Positions 51,272-62,142 are shown, counted from the first letter of the stretch. The stretch: 64,000 nucleotides of DNA from Thermoprotei archaeon (GCA_003649205.1 QMRC01000002.1:64001-128000); one strand, 5' to 3'. A program made the numbers and translations. Notes: generated from the letters alone by a model not told the origin.

Positions 51272-52387
51272 ATGAGGATACTATGGTTTCAATGGCGAGA
51301 CATAAAACATCCATGGAGTGGAGGAGCAGAGATATACATGCACGAAATCTGTAGACGACTCATCAAGTACGGGCATAAGATCCATGCAGTAACTTGCTGG
51401 CACCCTCAACTAAAGCACTTTGAAAAAATAGAAGGCTACACAGTAGAGAGAGTAGGAAACGACCTAACGTACCCACTGTACATACCCTACATAATTACCA
51501 AGTACATCAAGTACATCGATGTGATAGTAGAAGACACAAGCAAAATCCCCCTCTTCACCCCCCTCCTACGCATGAAAACTTCACCTCCTGTAGTAGCCAT
51601 AGTCCACCACCTAAACCGCGACATCTACTTCCAAGAACTCCCCCTACATAAAGCAACAATAGCATACATCCTCGAGACATTAATGCCTAAGCTCTACACA
51701 ACACTTCCAAACACAATACTCATAGCAGTATCAGAAAGCACAAAACAAGAACTTATCAAGCTAGGCGCAGATCCAAAGAGAATCTACATAGTACCCAACG
51801 CAGTAGACATATCAACATGTACACAAGCACCACCAGAAAACAAGAACTGCAACCCAACCATACTCTACCTATCAAGATTGAAGGCATATAAACAACCACA
51901 CCACGTGATCAAGGCATTTAGAAAGCTAATCAAATCAATACCTAATGCAAAACTAGTAATAGCAGGCAAAGGCACATCACATCTACGCAAACTAATAGCT
52001 AAAACACATCTAGAACACATAATAGAAGTGAAAGGAGAAATCGACAACAAAAGCAAAATAGACCTCCTACAAAAAGCCTGGGTCTTAGTTCAAACCTCAA
52101 GAAAAGAAGGCTTTGGAATTACAGTACTCGAAGCAGCTGCATGCAAAACACCAACAATAGCATACAACGTACCAGGCCTCCGCGACTCAATAAAACACAT
52201 GGAAACCGGAATCCTAGTACCACTAAACGACATAGAATCACTAACACAAGCAATAACAACACTACTACTAACCCCCAACCTCAGAAGAAAACTAGCAGAA
52301 AACGCCTATAGATACGCACTAAAACACAACTGGGAGAAAACAGCAAGAAAATTCGAGAAAATAATCGAGGAACTAAACCATGAATAA
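51272..52387 (+). CDS. GT4 glycosyltransferase
   Basis: HPWSGGAE, AVSESTK, SRLKAYK and EGFGITVLEAAAC. Confidence 0.93.
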   Translation: MRILWFQWRDIKHPWSGGAEIYMHEICRRLIKYGHKIHAVTCWHPQLKHFEKIEGYTVERVGNDLTYPLYIPYIITKYIKYIDVIVEDTSKIPLFTPLLRMKTSPPVVAIVHHLNRDIYFQELPLHKATIAYILETLMPKLYTTLPNTILIAVSESTKQELIKLGADPKRIYIVPNAVDISTCTQAPPENKNCNPTILYLSRLKAYKQPHHVIKAFRKLIKSIPNAKLVIAGKGTSHLRKLIAKTHLEHIIEVKGEIDNKSKIDLLQKAWVLVQTSRKEGFGITVLEAAACKTPTIAYNVPGLRDSIKHMETGILVPLNDIESLTQAITTLLLTPNLRRKLAENAYRYALKHNWEKTARKFEKIIEELNHE

Positions 52388-53309
52388 ACCCCTAGTAAGC
52401 ATCGTAATACCAACCCGAAACTCAGCCAACACACTCCCCCTATGCCTAAAGTCAATAATGAAACAAACATACAAAAACATAGAAATAATAGTAATTGACA
52501 ACTTCAGCAACGACAAAACTAGAGAAATAGCTAAACAATTCGGAGCAAGAGTCTACCTACTCCCCTGCGAACGCACCAAAGCAAAGAACATAGGTACACT
52601 ACTAGCAAAAGGAAAGTACATACTATACCTAGATTCCGACATGATACTCTCAAGAAACGTCATAGAAAAGTGCGTCAATACCATGGAAAACCAACCACAC
52701 ATAGGAGGAATAATAATACCCGAGATATCATTCGGAAAAAGCCTCCTAGCACACCTACGACTATACGAACGCATCTGCTACTTCCACACCGAAATGGAAT
52801 CAGCTAGATTCTACAGAAGAGACCTCGTACTCCAAGCACACGGATTCGACGAAGATCTACTACTCTACGAAGAAGCCTCCCTACACGAAAAAGTACAAAA
52901 AATGGGCTACAAAATAAGCAGAGTACCAACACCAATAATCCACCTAGAAAACACGCACCTCTGGCCCTTCCTCAAGAAAAGACTAAGATACGCAGTAACA
53001 CTACATAGATTCATCAAAAGATACCACAACAGAAAAGCCGTAGCAGACCCAACATATAGAATGAAACTAATAATTAGAATACTGAAAAAACTCTCCACAC
53101 CCATCCCAATAATATTACTAATACTACTACTCAAATCAATAGAACAAGCCGCATACTACATATCAATACTAACCAGCATAACTAATATAAAAAGCCAAGA
53201 TAGCACATACGAGATCCAAACAATAATACAGGATAAAACACGAAAAAAGCAATACCTACACGACACACAAAAGAGAGTACCGTGCCGAGAAAGATTCCAC
53301 TCTAACTAA
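52380..53309 (+). CDS. GT2 glycosyltransferase
   Basis: VSIVIPTRNS, VIDNFSNDKT, YLDSD and GFDEDL. Confidence 0.92.
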   Translation: MNKPLVSIVIPTRNSANTLPLCLKSIMKQTYKNIEIIVIDNFSNDKTREIAKQFGARVYLLPCERTKAKNIGTLLAKGKYILYLDSDMILSRNVIEKCVNTMENQPHIGGIIIPEISFGKSLLAHLRLYERICYFHTEMESARFYRRDLVLQAHGFDEDLLLYEEASLHEKVQKMGYKISRVPTPIIHLENTHLWPFLKKRLRYAVTLHRFIKRYHNRKAVADPTYRMKLIIRILKKLSTPIPIILLILLLKSIEQAAYYISILTSITNIKSQDSTYEIQTIIQDKTRKKQYLHDTQKRVPCRERFHSN

Positions 53310-53484
53310 AGCTTCAATAAAGCATCACATCAAAAATAATGCACACCTACCCAAGAACCTAGAACATTAGTAAGCAAGAAAGCTTATAAACTAATTATAA
53401 ACTAAAAGTAAGTCAAAAGCGTAGAAACATAACACCAGTGATAGGTCACATGAAGCAGCAATCAACCGATATTTAGTACGTGCG

Positions 53485-53898
53485 GTGAAAGCAGTGAAAT
53501 GGGAAGAATACGCTACGAAGCATCCTCACTTTGTATGCGAAGATACAGTCCCTAAACTACTTGAGGAACTACTGAAGTACCTCAATAAACTGAATAAACC
53601 CTTCTCAATCATCGACCTAGGATGTGGAGATGAAACTACCCTATACGCTCTACATAATAGAGGACTACTCGAAAACGCTAGTAAGGTAGTAGGTGTCGAT
53701 ATCTCCAAAGAAAGAATTAAGAGAATGAAAACATTCTGTCCATTTGCTAAAGGCATCATCGGAGACGTATGTAACCTAAAACAAATCCCAGATAACTCAT
53801 TTGGTGAGATAATCTCAAAGCCAAGTAATAGAGCTTTTAGATTCGACATAGTAGAGCATGAGTTCTCTAGACTTGTCACAGAGGGAAGAAGCACATAG
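53485..53898 (+). pseudogene. Truncated class I SAM methyltransferase
   Basis: IIDLGCGDE, VGVDIS and IGDV; the frame is lost near the expected QVIEH motif. Confidence 0.7.
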
Positions 53899-53965
53899 AA
53901 TACAAAAATAAGAGTTATGCATTACTACAGATATACCTTCGCCTCAACATGAAGAAGTAAGAGGG

Positions 53966-54685
53966 GTGAAAAGTGAGTTGAGGAACAAATTCTACACACT
54001 GATGCTAAAACTTTACAACAAATGGTCCAATAGGGAGAAGCGTGCCTTTCTTGAATTGCTTGAGTATAACCCCAGAGCTAAAGTACTAGACCTAGGATGC
54101 GGTAACGGCAAATTCACCCTCGAGATAAAAAGGAAAATAGGTACTAGACTAGTATATGGAGTCGATATTCACGAACCAAGTTTAAGAAAGGCTTCAAAAC
54201 ATGGAATCATAGTTGTTAAGCATGACTTGAACGTTTTCCCTTATCCTTTCAACTCTAATGAATTTGATGTTATAGTTTCTCGTCAGGTAATAGAGCATCT
54301 GTATTATCCCGTTAAATTTCTCAAGGAGATCCATAGAATGCTCAAACCAGGAGGTTATGTAGTAATATCAACAGAGAACTTAGCTAGTTGGGATAACATA
54401 ATCGCCTTATTACTTGGCTATACACCCTTCTCTATGGAGTTCGATGAAGGCCTAGTTAAGGTAGGAAATCCCTTAAGTCCTCATGAGAAAAGACTTAGAG
54501 ATAATTATCAGCACCCGCATGTCAGAATACTTACGTATAGAGGTTTAATAGAATTGATGAAGTTCGTTGGATTTAAAGTTGAGAAAGTTGTTGGTAGCGG
54601 GCACATATTCATAACTAGACTTTTTGAAGAAATAGACAGGAGGCACTGTAGATTTATCACGATTAAGGCTAGGAAAGAGCAATAA
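53966..54685 (+). CDS. Class I SAM methyltransferase (type 11-like)
   Basis: VLDLGCGNG, GVDI, FDVIVSRQVIEH and LKPGG. Confidence 0.92.
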   Translation: MKSELRNKFYTLMLKLYNKWSNREKRAFLELLEYNPRAKVLDLGCGNGKFTLEIKRKIGTRLVYGVDIHEPSLRKASKHGIIVVKHDLNVFPYPFNSNEFDVIVSRQVIEHLYYPVKFLKEIHRMLKPGGYVVISTENLASWDNIIALLLGYTPFSMEFDEGLVKVGNPLSPHEKRLRDNYQHPHVRILTYRGLIELMKFVGFKVEKVVGSGHIFITRLFEEIDRRHCRFITIKARKEQ

Positions 54686-56070
54686 ACCTGTCATTAGGTA
54701 TAGGGGCTAAAGCAGCAAATTACAGCATAAGCCTCATTACGAATTCTGGTCCTTTGATTAGGAGGGAAAACGATCGAGATTATTGTTAGAAATCGCAACC
54801 CATAGTAGGGTAAGAACACATTTCTACATGTGCTATACCGAACCTTAGTTAGCACCTCTTCTAAACAATTTCTTCACAATTAAGTTGTAACGAAGAACAT
54901 GAGCTAGCAGTTCACATTTGCAACTCGTAGGAGGCAATATGGTGAGTTCCTTCTACTTGAGTTGAAATTCGATAACACTTGTATATTGTACCTGCGCCAA
55001 TCAGTATAATCCATGATATGGATTATATTTGCCAACGATGCATCGTCATTCATGCCACTGTACCATATTGTATACCATGGCGTTATATAAGGTAGAAGCA
55101 ATAGGTGTGGCAAACACGTTAGGGAGAGTAAAGAAGAGATTTTAGGATGAAAATTTGCTTAAAGAACTTAGCAAGAAGAACAAAGATATTAAGGCAACTA
55201 GGAAAACCTCCAAGTGCGTTATACAGTAAAGTGAGGAAATGTTATAGTGTCAAATTACTTGTTGAAGACCTTGGTAGCCACATACTCACCTTTCGAGCTT
55301 TACAACAATCCAAGAAATGTTGAAGAAGTTCTTAAATGGGAAAGTATATTGAAAAAGCTCGGGAAGAAAATAAGTCAACTTGGAAGATATATCGTCAGAG
55401 ACAGTGCAGATAACAGAAATAGAATTAAGCTAAGGAGTAAGCCCTTAAACTTAGAAGAGCTATGTAGACTAGAGGAATTGACGGAAATTCGTGAAATTTC
55501 TCTTCAAAGAAAAGACTAAGAAAGCTCGGTACTGACAATGAAATTGAAGTACCGTGGGCAAAACTTCAAAATATAGAAATTGAGTAGACCAAAATACCGT
55601 GTAGCTAATTTTGCAAAAACTTAACTGTAGTCTATATTGTGGAAACGCCCCATAGAACTATTAAATGTACATTTAGAGAAGTAGAATTGGATTTTACTAA
55701 GCTCAAGGAAATCAGGAGAATGTGGCTATATGCATTAAGGTTAAGAAACTTAAGAAGAAGCTTTTGGTTCAAAAGATAAGGTATGGTTTGAGTATCGAGG
55801 ATGTATGTTTTCCAAAGCTAGAGAAGCTTACAGCGCACTAACAAGCTTCTTAGAGATATACAGAAACACTGAAGTGCATGTCGTTCTAATTGAAGAAATG
55901 TTGTTAGCAGGATTTCTAAGCGAGCATAACAAAGTTTAGAGTCTCTCATTGAATTGGAGATATACCGCAAATTTAAGCAGAAGAGAAGAAAAATTGTAGA
56001 ACAAATATATTTGGTATATTTGGGAAGCATAGGACATAGAGCAAAAGCTAATCCAAGTGGGTGTCTAGTT

Positions 56071-57132
56071 ATGAAGAGCATAGACGAGATTAAAGATGCT
56101 AATTATAATTTCGATTTTAAGTACCAAAGAGTGATAGTACCCGAAGTTATTTCTATACATTCTAATTCACCAAAGATACACTACTTCTCCTTTGGAGAAT
56201 TCTTCTATGAAGACCTATTTCCATATACCAATTGCTGTATCAAAATATTCTTTGACTTTAAACCCAGAAAATACTTCATTGATTTACTTAATGAATATGG
56301 TGATGGAAAGTGCACAAAGTATTCAGACTCCGTATTTTTAAAAGGAATCGATACTAATTCGTTAAGTACCATCTACAGGAAAAAAGCAGGTTTTGTAGAC
56401 TTGTTTATGCTTACTAAAATTTCTCAAGATAGAATAGAACTTTATGTTAATAAGCATTACTATTCCTTATTTAAGCTAAGAATAGAGAACGTTGTACCTC
56501 CCGGACTTCATCTGAGAGATATAACTTATTTGAAGTTGCTACTTAACGATTTCCTGACCTTACATGCATCAGCTTTTGCTACAAGTGAAGACGAAGGTTA
56601 TCTTGTGTTGGCTCCTCCAAATACAGGAAAATCCTTTGTAGTTACGAAATTAGCAGAGGACGGATTTAAGCTTCTTTCGGAAGATCTGTCTGTCGTAAAT
56701 TTGCGGGATCTATGCATCCATGCTGTTCCGTACACAGCAACATTCTACCATGAAACATCAAAATTAAAATACATAGCTCCATTAAGCTACTATATTCCGG
56801 TAAGGAGAAAGGTGTTAGGAGAACTCTTTAAAGGCAAAATAATCCCCAAGGCAAAGTTGAAGAAAATATTCATTTTGGAGTACGGTCGACAACCAGTCTT
56901 CGATAGGGTTGATGAAGATAGCGCATTAGTAGAGATTTTGAATCTGACTAGAAATGAGTTTAACCTTAGATCAAATTTGGTCATTAATGCTATCTTGTAT
57001 CATCAAAAGCTTGATTTAGAATCGATTGAAAAAGAAAAATTTAGTAGATTAATTAAAAGGATTGATGTCATCAAAATTAGAGCTAATTCTCCATATGAGT
57101 ACTTGGATATAATAAAGAGGAAAGTAAGGTGA
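56071..57132 (+). CDS. HPr-kinase-related P-loop kinase
   Basis: TLHASAF, LAPPNTGKS and LLSEDL match the HprK-like H / Walker A / D-D pattern. ATG at 56071 follows GGGTG. Confidence 0.72.
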   Translation: MKSIDEIKDANYNFDFKYQRVIVPEVISIHSNSPKIHYFSFGEFFYEDLFPYTNCCIKIFFDFKPRKYFIDLLNEYGDGKCTKYSDSVFLKGIDTNSLSTIYRKKAGFVDLFMLTKISQDRIELYVNKHYYSLFKLRIENVVPPGLHLRDITYLKLLLNDFLTLHASAFATSEDEGYLVLAPPNTGKSFVVTKLAEDGFKLLSEDLSVVNLRDLCIHAVPYTATFYHETSKLKYIAPLSYYIPVRRKVLGELFKGKIIPKAKLKKIFILEYGRQPVFDRVDEDSALVEILNLTRNEFNLRSNLVINAILYHQKLDLESIEKEKFSRLIKRIDVIKIRANSPYEYLDIIKRKVR

Positions 57133-60100
57133 TTGACTATGCAAGGATCTATACATGGTGACCTGATGGAAAAACTCATACTGATATGCATAGCTACAAC
57201 TATTACATTTACTGTGGGATTTAAAGTTATTTTAAGTCCTGGTATCCCCATAATGGCTGAACAAGTAGAAGTCTACGACGAAGAGCACTTCCTAAAGGCT
57301 GCCCAAGTTTGGGATGATCAGATAGGTATAACATCAATTGCTGATGTACCGAAATACTATTTGTACCACATAATCTACTTCCTTTCTAAAGCCATGGGTT
57401 TTGAAGTGACAATAAAGCTTTTTCTGATCCTTGTTCATCCTGTAAGTTTCTTAACTAGCTACTACTTTTTAAAGAAAATTTTAATTGAGAAGAGCAAGAT
57501 AACTACCCTAACTGTTTTTCTCCTCATATTAATTTCCTTAGTTTATACTTTCAATCCTTGGATAACTCATCGATCTAGAAACTTAATATTACGGTGGCAG
57601 TACGCTCTATCGCCCCTGCTATTCTACTTGTGGATAAAAATTCTAGAAGATAAAAGATACCTTCGCTACTCCTTCATATTTGCAGTACTCTTTTCACTAG
57701 TTGAAACTTCACGGTATATATCTAAGTTTCTCCTTCCAGCATTCCTTCTCACAATCTTTTATATCACCTTTAACAGAAAGGCAAAAATTGTTGTAAAAAG
57801 GTTATTAACGACAACAGCATTTCTTGGAAGCATGCTTCTGCCCGTGTATCTTCCACTACTACTTACAAGTCTTACCAGCCAACCAACAGTCATTCAAGCC
57901 TTTACTGTCAGTGACATATCTGGTGAAAGACCAATAAATGCGTTTGCATTATTCTTCACGAATTACCTTGGTTCTCATTACTCCAATCCTTACCCTCCAT
58001 CTGACAAAAGACCGTTTCTGTTCCTTTCTATTACTATCCTAGCATTATCTTCCATAATCTTCATGAATTCAATAATTAGGAGGATGAGAGGGAACTCATG
58101 GATATTCATCAGTTTTCTGGTACTTACTCCAATAACTCTGTACTTATCAATGCTTAAAGAGGCTCCACTTTCAAACTACCTGATAAATCTGATGGTAGAC
58201 TTTCCTCCTCTTGGAAGGTTGTTTAGACAAAGCTATCACAACGCTACGTTTCTACCCCTATACTACGAGGTGCTTCTCGCCTCTTTAATTGTGTTCATAT
58301 ATGAAAAAACGTATAGTAGTAAAGGCAAGAATAAAGTAGGACAAATTGTGCTGGGAATACTATGTTTTATAATTCTATTTTCCGCATTGACCTCAAGCTG
58401 GCCCTTACTAACGGGTAATCTAAATGATTATTGGAATCCTACAACAATACCAAAAGACTACGTATATGTGAACAAATTAATTAAAGCTGAAAATCCCCTA
58501 TTTCATGCTTTATGGATGCCTACCTTCGGGGGTAGAAAAGCTGTTTGGGTAAACGCTTCTTCCCCTTATAATCGTCCGCCAACAGGTATATTTGACCTAA
58601 AATCCTCGTCTCTACCAACATATTTGTACACGGAACTCTACTTCTTCGATTACTATAATCCTATTGGTTGGAGACCATTTTACCGACCTTTAGACGGTTA
58701 TAAAGGCCTTAAGTGGGGTAATATTTTCGGACCTTTAAATATCAAGTACTTAATTATCCACTATGATTTATCATGGAACAAATATGAAGAAAAAATCAAC
58801 TACACGAATTTGTATATAAAATCCATCGCTAATAAACTTAAAAGCGATCAAACCTTAAAAGTTATTTATGAAGGAAAGTATTTAACTGTATTCCAAATAC
58901 AGAATGTGTCTCAACGCATTTTCATTCCCAATACTACGAGCATAGTTGTAGGTGGTCTACCAGCCTATGCCTCTTTAGTAGATGTTATATATATTAATGA
59001 ATTAAATGTTGGTGCTTCTGTAATTTTTCTAGATAGCTTAGATATAAAAAGTATTAGAGACTTTCATCACATTCCTGACCACATTATCATAGTAGGTAAT
59101 AGTTCTATAATACCTTTTATCTTAGCAAAGCTAGACAAGAAAATAGTAATACAACCTGCTGCTTTTGTTAAGAGGGTTGTGGCACCTGAAAAAGTGTGGA
59201 GTTATGGCTATTCCACGTCGAGTTACAGCTTTCAAAGTACTCTGAAAAAACTAGGTATTAACGAGTGGGCTTGGGACTTTGATTACGACTGTGGTCTAGT
59301 CTTCACATGGGCTAGATATAGTATTCCATCTAATCTCAAGCCCTCTAATAGAGATCTCATTAAGTCTTGGGAATTTAGTTCACAGGATGACTGTCTTCTG
59401 TGGATAGAGAATACATTATCTAAATCTAAACAGTTTAATGCATTACAGAAGCTAATTTGCATCGATGGTATTCTCAAAGTTGAACTTTACAATTCTACTT
59501 GGGGTTGGAAGACTATTAACTCACCATTGATACCGGTTGATCCTCAGCATGTCTATCAATTTGTTGTTAAGATTCGTGGCGTTAACGCTCACAAGGTCCA
59601 TATTAAGATTGCTGAGTTTGATTCCAGCAAGAAAATAATTGATGTTAAGTGTGTTAAGAATGTTGGTGATGGTACTTTCGACTGGAAAGTGGTTATGCTT
59701 AATTACGTTCCTAGTAACACTAAGGTCCGCTATGTTCAACTTCAAATCTGGCATGGACATCTAACCGATAAGCCTTTACCTAACATCATCATGATTGACT
59801 ATGTTAAGGTTTACGATATCACTAAGTACAGTAAGCGAGTTACTCTTGATGTACCTTTCAATGTGCCTGGATCAGGTGAGTACAGGTTGCTTGTGCGTTA
59901 TTTTGAGAATGAGAGAGGTGGTGCTATAAGGGTTTACCTTGATGGTAGGCTTGTTGCTGAGGTTAGAACTGTTAGTCAGTTGAATAGGTTTGTGTGGAGA
60001 GATCTGGGTACGTTCAGGCTTGAGGCTGGTAGACATGTGCTTACGCTGGAGAATGTTGAGGGCTTTAATGCTGTCAATGTGTTTGTTCTGATACCTGTTG

Positions 60101-60957
60101 AGGAATTTAACAAGATTGTTGAGGAGTTTGAGAAGCTCTTGGAGGGCAAAACCATTATCTATCTATTCGAAGCTGAGTCAGACATGTTTAAAGTGAAGGC
60201 TAGGACCGTTAAAGACGTTGATGCTAGTAACGGCGAGGTGTTGTACCTGGAGTCGGGTGGGTATGCTTGGCAGAGGTTTGAGATTGTTAGGAGTGGTTAT
60301 TATGTGGTAGCTGTGAGGTTAAGTGGTAGTGCAAGGATTGTGATTGACAATAATAGCTTCACAGTATCTTCGAGTGGTCTTGGGTTCTGTTATCTAGGGC
60401 CTATATACCTTGAGAAGGGTGAGCATACTATTCGTGTGGAGGCTCTTGTCAAACCTCTGTACCTTGATGTTGTTTGGATCTACTCTGTTAAATCGCCTAA
60501 CTCTAGGGTGACTGTAGAGGATTTATTCAAGGTGGAGGAGGAGCCTGCTAAGGTCATTCGCTATGAACGTATTGATCCAACGTTGTGGAGAGTAGAGGTG
60601 GTGGCGAGGAAGCCGTTTATGCTGGTCTTTGCCGAGGCTTATGATTCTCTTTGGGAGGCTAGGGTGTATAAGGGTGGTAAACTTGTTGAGAAGGTAAGGT
60701 CTATCCCTGTGTACGGTGTTATTAATGGTTTCTGGATCAATGCTACTGGTAACCTAACTATTGTTATTCGTTATGTTCCTCAGGATTGGTTTGAGTTTGG
60801 GTTGAAGATCTCTGTAACGACGTTTGCTCTATGTGTCTTCTACCTTGTGTGGGATTGGAGGAGGGGTAGGGGTGATAGGTGGGCTGTGTTGTTGGGGGAG
60901 TGGGTTAGGTCTATGCCTAGGTGTTTTAAGGGTGGTGGTTTTCGTGGAGCTGCTTGA
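57133..60957 (+). CDS. Large membrane protein: GT-C-like multi-TM N-half, carbohydrate-binding-like beta domains, YfhO-like C-terminus
   Basis: About 12 TMs with YTFNPW and WPLLTGNL, then LWMP and NIKYLIIH; jelly-roll-like segments; LVFAEAYDSLWEA..INGFWI..YVPQ; terminal TM. Confidence 0.75.
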   Translation: MTMQGSIHGDLMEKLILICIATTITFTVGFKVILSPGIPIMAEQVEVYDEEHFLKAAQVWDDQIGITSIADVPKYYLYHIIYFLSKAMGFEVTIKLFLILVHPVSFLTSYYFLKKILIEKSKITTLTVFLLILISLVYTFNPWITHRSRNLILRWQYALSPLLFYLWIKILEDKRYLRYSFIFAVLFSLVETSRYISKFLLPAFLLTIFYITFNRKAKIVVKRLLTTTAFLGSMLLPVYLPLLLTSLTSQPTVIQAFTVSDISGERPINAFALFFTNYLGSHYSNPYPPSDKRPFLFLSITILALSSIIFMNSIIRRMRGNSWIFISFLVLTPITLYLSMLKEAPLSNYLINLMVDFPPLGRLFRQSYHNATFLPLYYEVLLASLIVFIYEKTYSSKGKNKVGQIVLGILCFIILFSALTSSWPLLTGNLNDYWNPTTIPKDYVYVNKLIKAENPLFHALWMPTFGGRKAVWVNASSPYNRPPTGIFDLKSSSLPTYLYTELYFFDYYNPIGWRPFYRPLDGYKGLKWGNIFGPLNIKYLIIHYDLSWNKYEEKINYTNLYIKSIANKLKSDQTLKVIYEGKYLTVFQIQNVSQRIFIPNTTSIVVGGLPAYASLVDVIYINELNVGASVIFLDSLDIKSIRDFHHIPDHIIIVGNSSIIPFILAKLDKKIVIQPAAFVKRVVAPEKVWSYGYSTSSYSFQSTLKKLGINEWAWDFDYDCGLVFTWARYSIPSNLKPSNRDLIKSWEFSSQDDCLLWIENTLSKSKQFNALQKLICIDGILKVELYNSTWGWKTINSPLIPVDPQHVYQFVVKIRGVNAHKVHIKIAEFDSSKKIIDVKCVKNVGDGTFDWKVVMLNYVPSNTKVRYVQLQIWHGHLTDKPLPNIIMIDYVKVYDITKYSKRVTLDVPFNVPGSGEYRLLVRYFENERGGAIRVYLDGRLVAEVRTVSQLNRFVWRDLGTFRLEAGRHVLTLENVEGFNAVNVFVLIPVEEFNKIVEEFEKLLEGKTIIYLFEAESDMFKVKARTVKDVDASNGEVLYLESGGYAWQRFEIVRSGYYVVAVRLSGSARIVIDNNSFTVSSSGLGFCYLGPIYLEKGEHTIRVEALVKPLYLDVVWIYSVKSPNSRVTVEDLFKVEEEPAKVIRYERIDPTLWRVEVVARKPFMLVFAEAYDSLWEARVYKGGKLVEKVRSIPVYGVINGFWINATGNLTIVIRYVPQDWFEFGLKISVTTFALCVFYLVWDWRRGRGDRWAVLLGEWVRSMPRCFKGGGFRGAA

Positions 60958-61124
60958 GGTGTTTTGGTAGTTGGTCTGTGTTGTTGTGTTTGTTTGATGT
61001 GGTTGTGTCTTTGGTGTCTTGGTGTTGATGTTTTTGAGGTGTTGGTTTTCTTTGGGGTAGTTGGTTTCTTGGTCTTGTGGGGTTGGTGGGTTTTAGGTTG
61101 TTTATTGTTCATTTGTTGCTGGGG

Positions 61125-61271
61125 TTTGGTGATTTTTGTAGGTGGTGTCTTGATATTTCTGAGGCTATGGGGCTTTTTGGTTGGGGGTCTAGGGTTCCTC
61201 TTAGGGAGGGTCTTAAGCGGATAATTGAGTGGGTTAAGGTTAGGTTACGTGAGGAGGGTGTTTTGTCGTAG
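61125..61271 (+). pseudogene. NAD-dependent epimerase/dehydratase C-terminal remnant
   Basis: GDFCRWCLDISEAMGLFGWGSRVPLREGLKRIIEW resembles the consensus D..RR..DISKA..LLGW.P.V.LEEGL..T.EW. Confidence 0.65.
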
Positions 61272-61362
61272 GCTGTAGGTTTGTTTGGGATTTTTCTTTT
61301 CTTGGTCGGTAGTGCTTAGATAACCTTCAGTGTAGGTGTAGTTCTGGGTTTTGGGAAGCTAT

Positions 61363-62142
61363 ATGGTTGGTATTGCTACTGAACAGGTTTTGGTTGTTCA
61401 CTATGTGTTGTATAGGCTTGGTAGTTGTGTTCCTGTTACGAAGTTGCGTAAGGTCTTGTTCCTCTGTGACTGTAACGTTGTTAAGAGGTTGGGTAGGAGG
61501 CCGTTCTTTACGTGGGTTAAGTACTTGTATGGTCCGTATTCGAGGGAGGTTGAGGCTGTTGTGGAGTACTTAGTTGCTGAGGGTTGTGTGGTGCGTGAGG
61601 TGTAGATGGGTTTTAGAGGTAGGGTGTATGAGGTCTATACTGTGTAGATTAGCCCTGACTTGGGTTGTTTAGTGAATGTTGTTGGTAGTGATGTTGTTGG
61701 TGTGCTTGAGGAGGTGGTGTCTAGGTATCGTGATCAAGATGTTGATTCTCTCAAGGAGACTGTCTATAGGATTGATGAGGTTAGGGATGTGGGGCTTAAT
61801 GAGGTTATTGTGATTATTCCGCCTGTGATCTGTGATAGGGAGGTGCTGGGGGTGGTTTATAAGTTCGTTAGGGTTGATCCTAGGGACTTTGATTACTGGT
61901 GTGCGGTTCTTCCTTTTGGTTTTGTGCCTGTGCCTAGTAATGTCGATCCTGAAGTCTATGTGACGCGAGTTCTTAGTAGACAGTTGGAGATCGAGAAGAG
62001 CTTGAGGGGGTTTGCTGAGAAGATGAGACAGAAGTACTCTAAGAGGACTCTTGAAGCTTTCTTAAGCTATACTCCTTCTCCGGAGGAAGTTGATGAGTTA
62101 GCTGGTGAGGGTTCTTCCGAGGAGTATGAGTTACGTACTTGA
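61363..62142 (+). pseudogene. DUF4065/SocA (Panacea)-like antitoxin interrupted by two in-frame TAG stops
   Basis: TKLRKVLFLCD..W..YLYGPYSREV. ORFs 61351 and 61660 share a frame, with TAG at 61603 and 61645. Confidence 0.7.

Noticed and set aside
54700-56070. AT-rich gap with ORFs 54904, 55247 and 55818 as a possible RiPP precursor or nucleotidyltransferase next to the HprK-like kinase
   Set aside because: No lasso leader/core pattern, no cyclase or peptidase genes and no recognisable motif; it looks like pseudogenised DNA.
60840-61224. ORFs 60964..61224 (+), 60840..61112 (-) and similar Cys/Val- or Thr/Gln/His-rich short ORFs (49285, 49540, 45875, 35196, 35826, 50710)
   Set aside because: They are low-complexity by-products of extreme G/T or A/C skew, which suppresses stop codons; no motifs are present.
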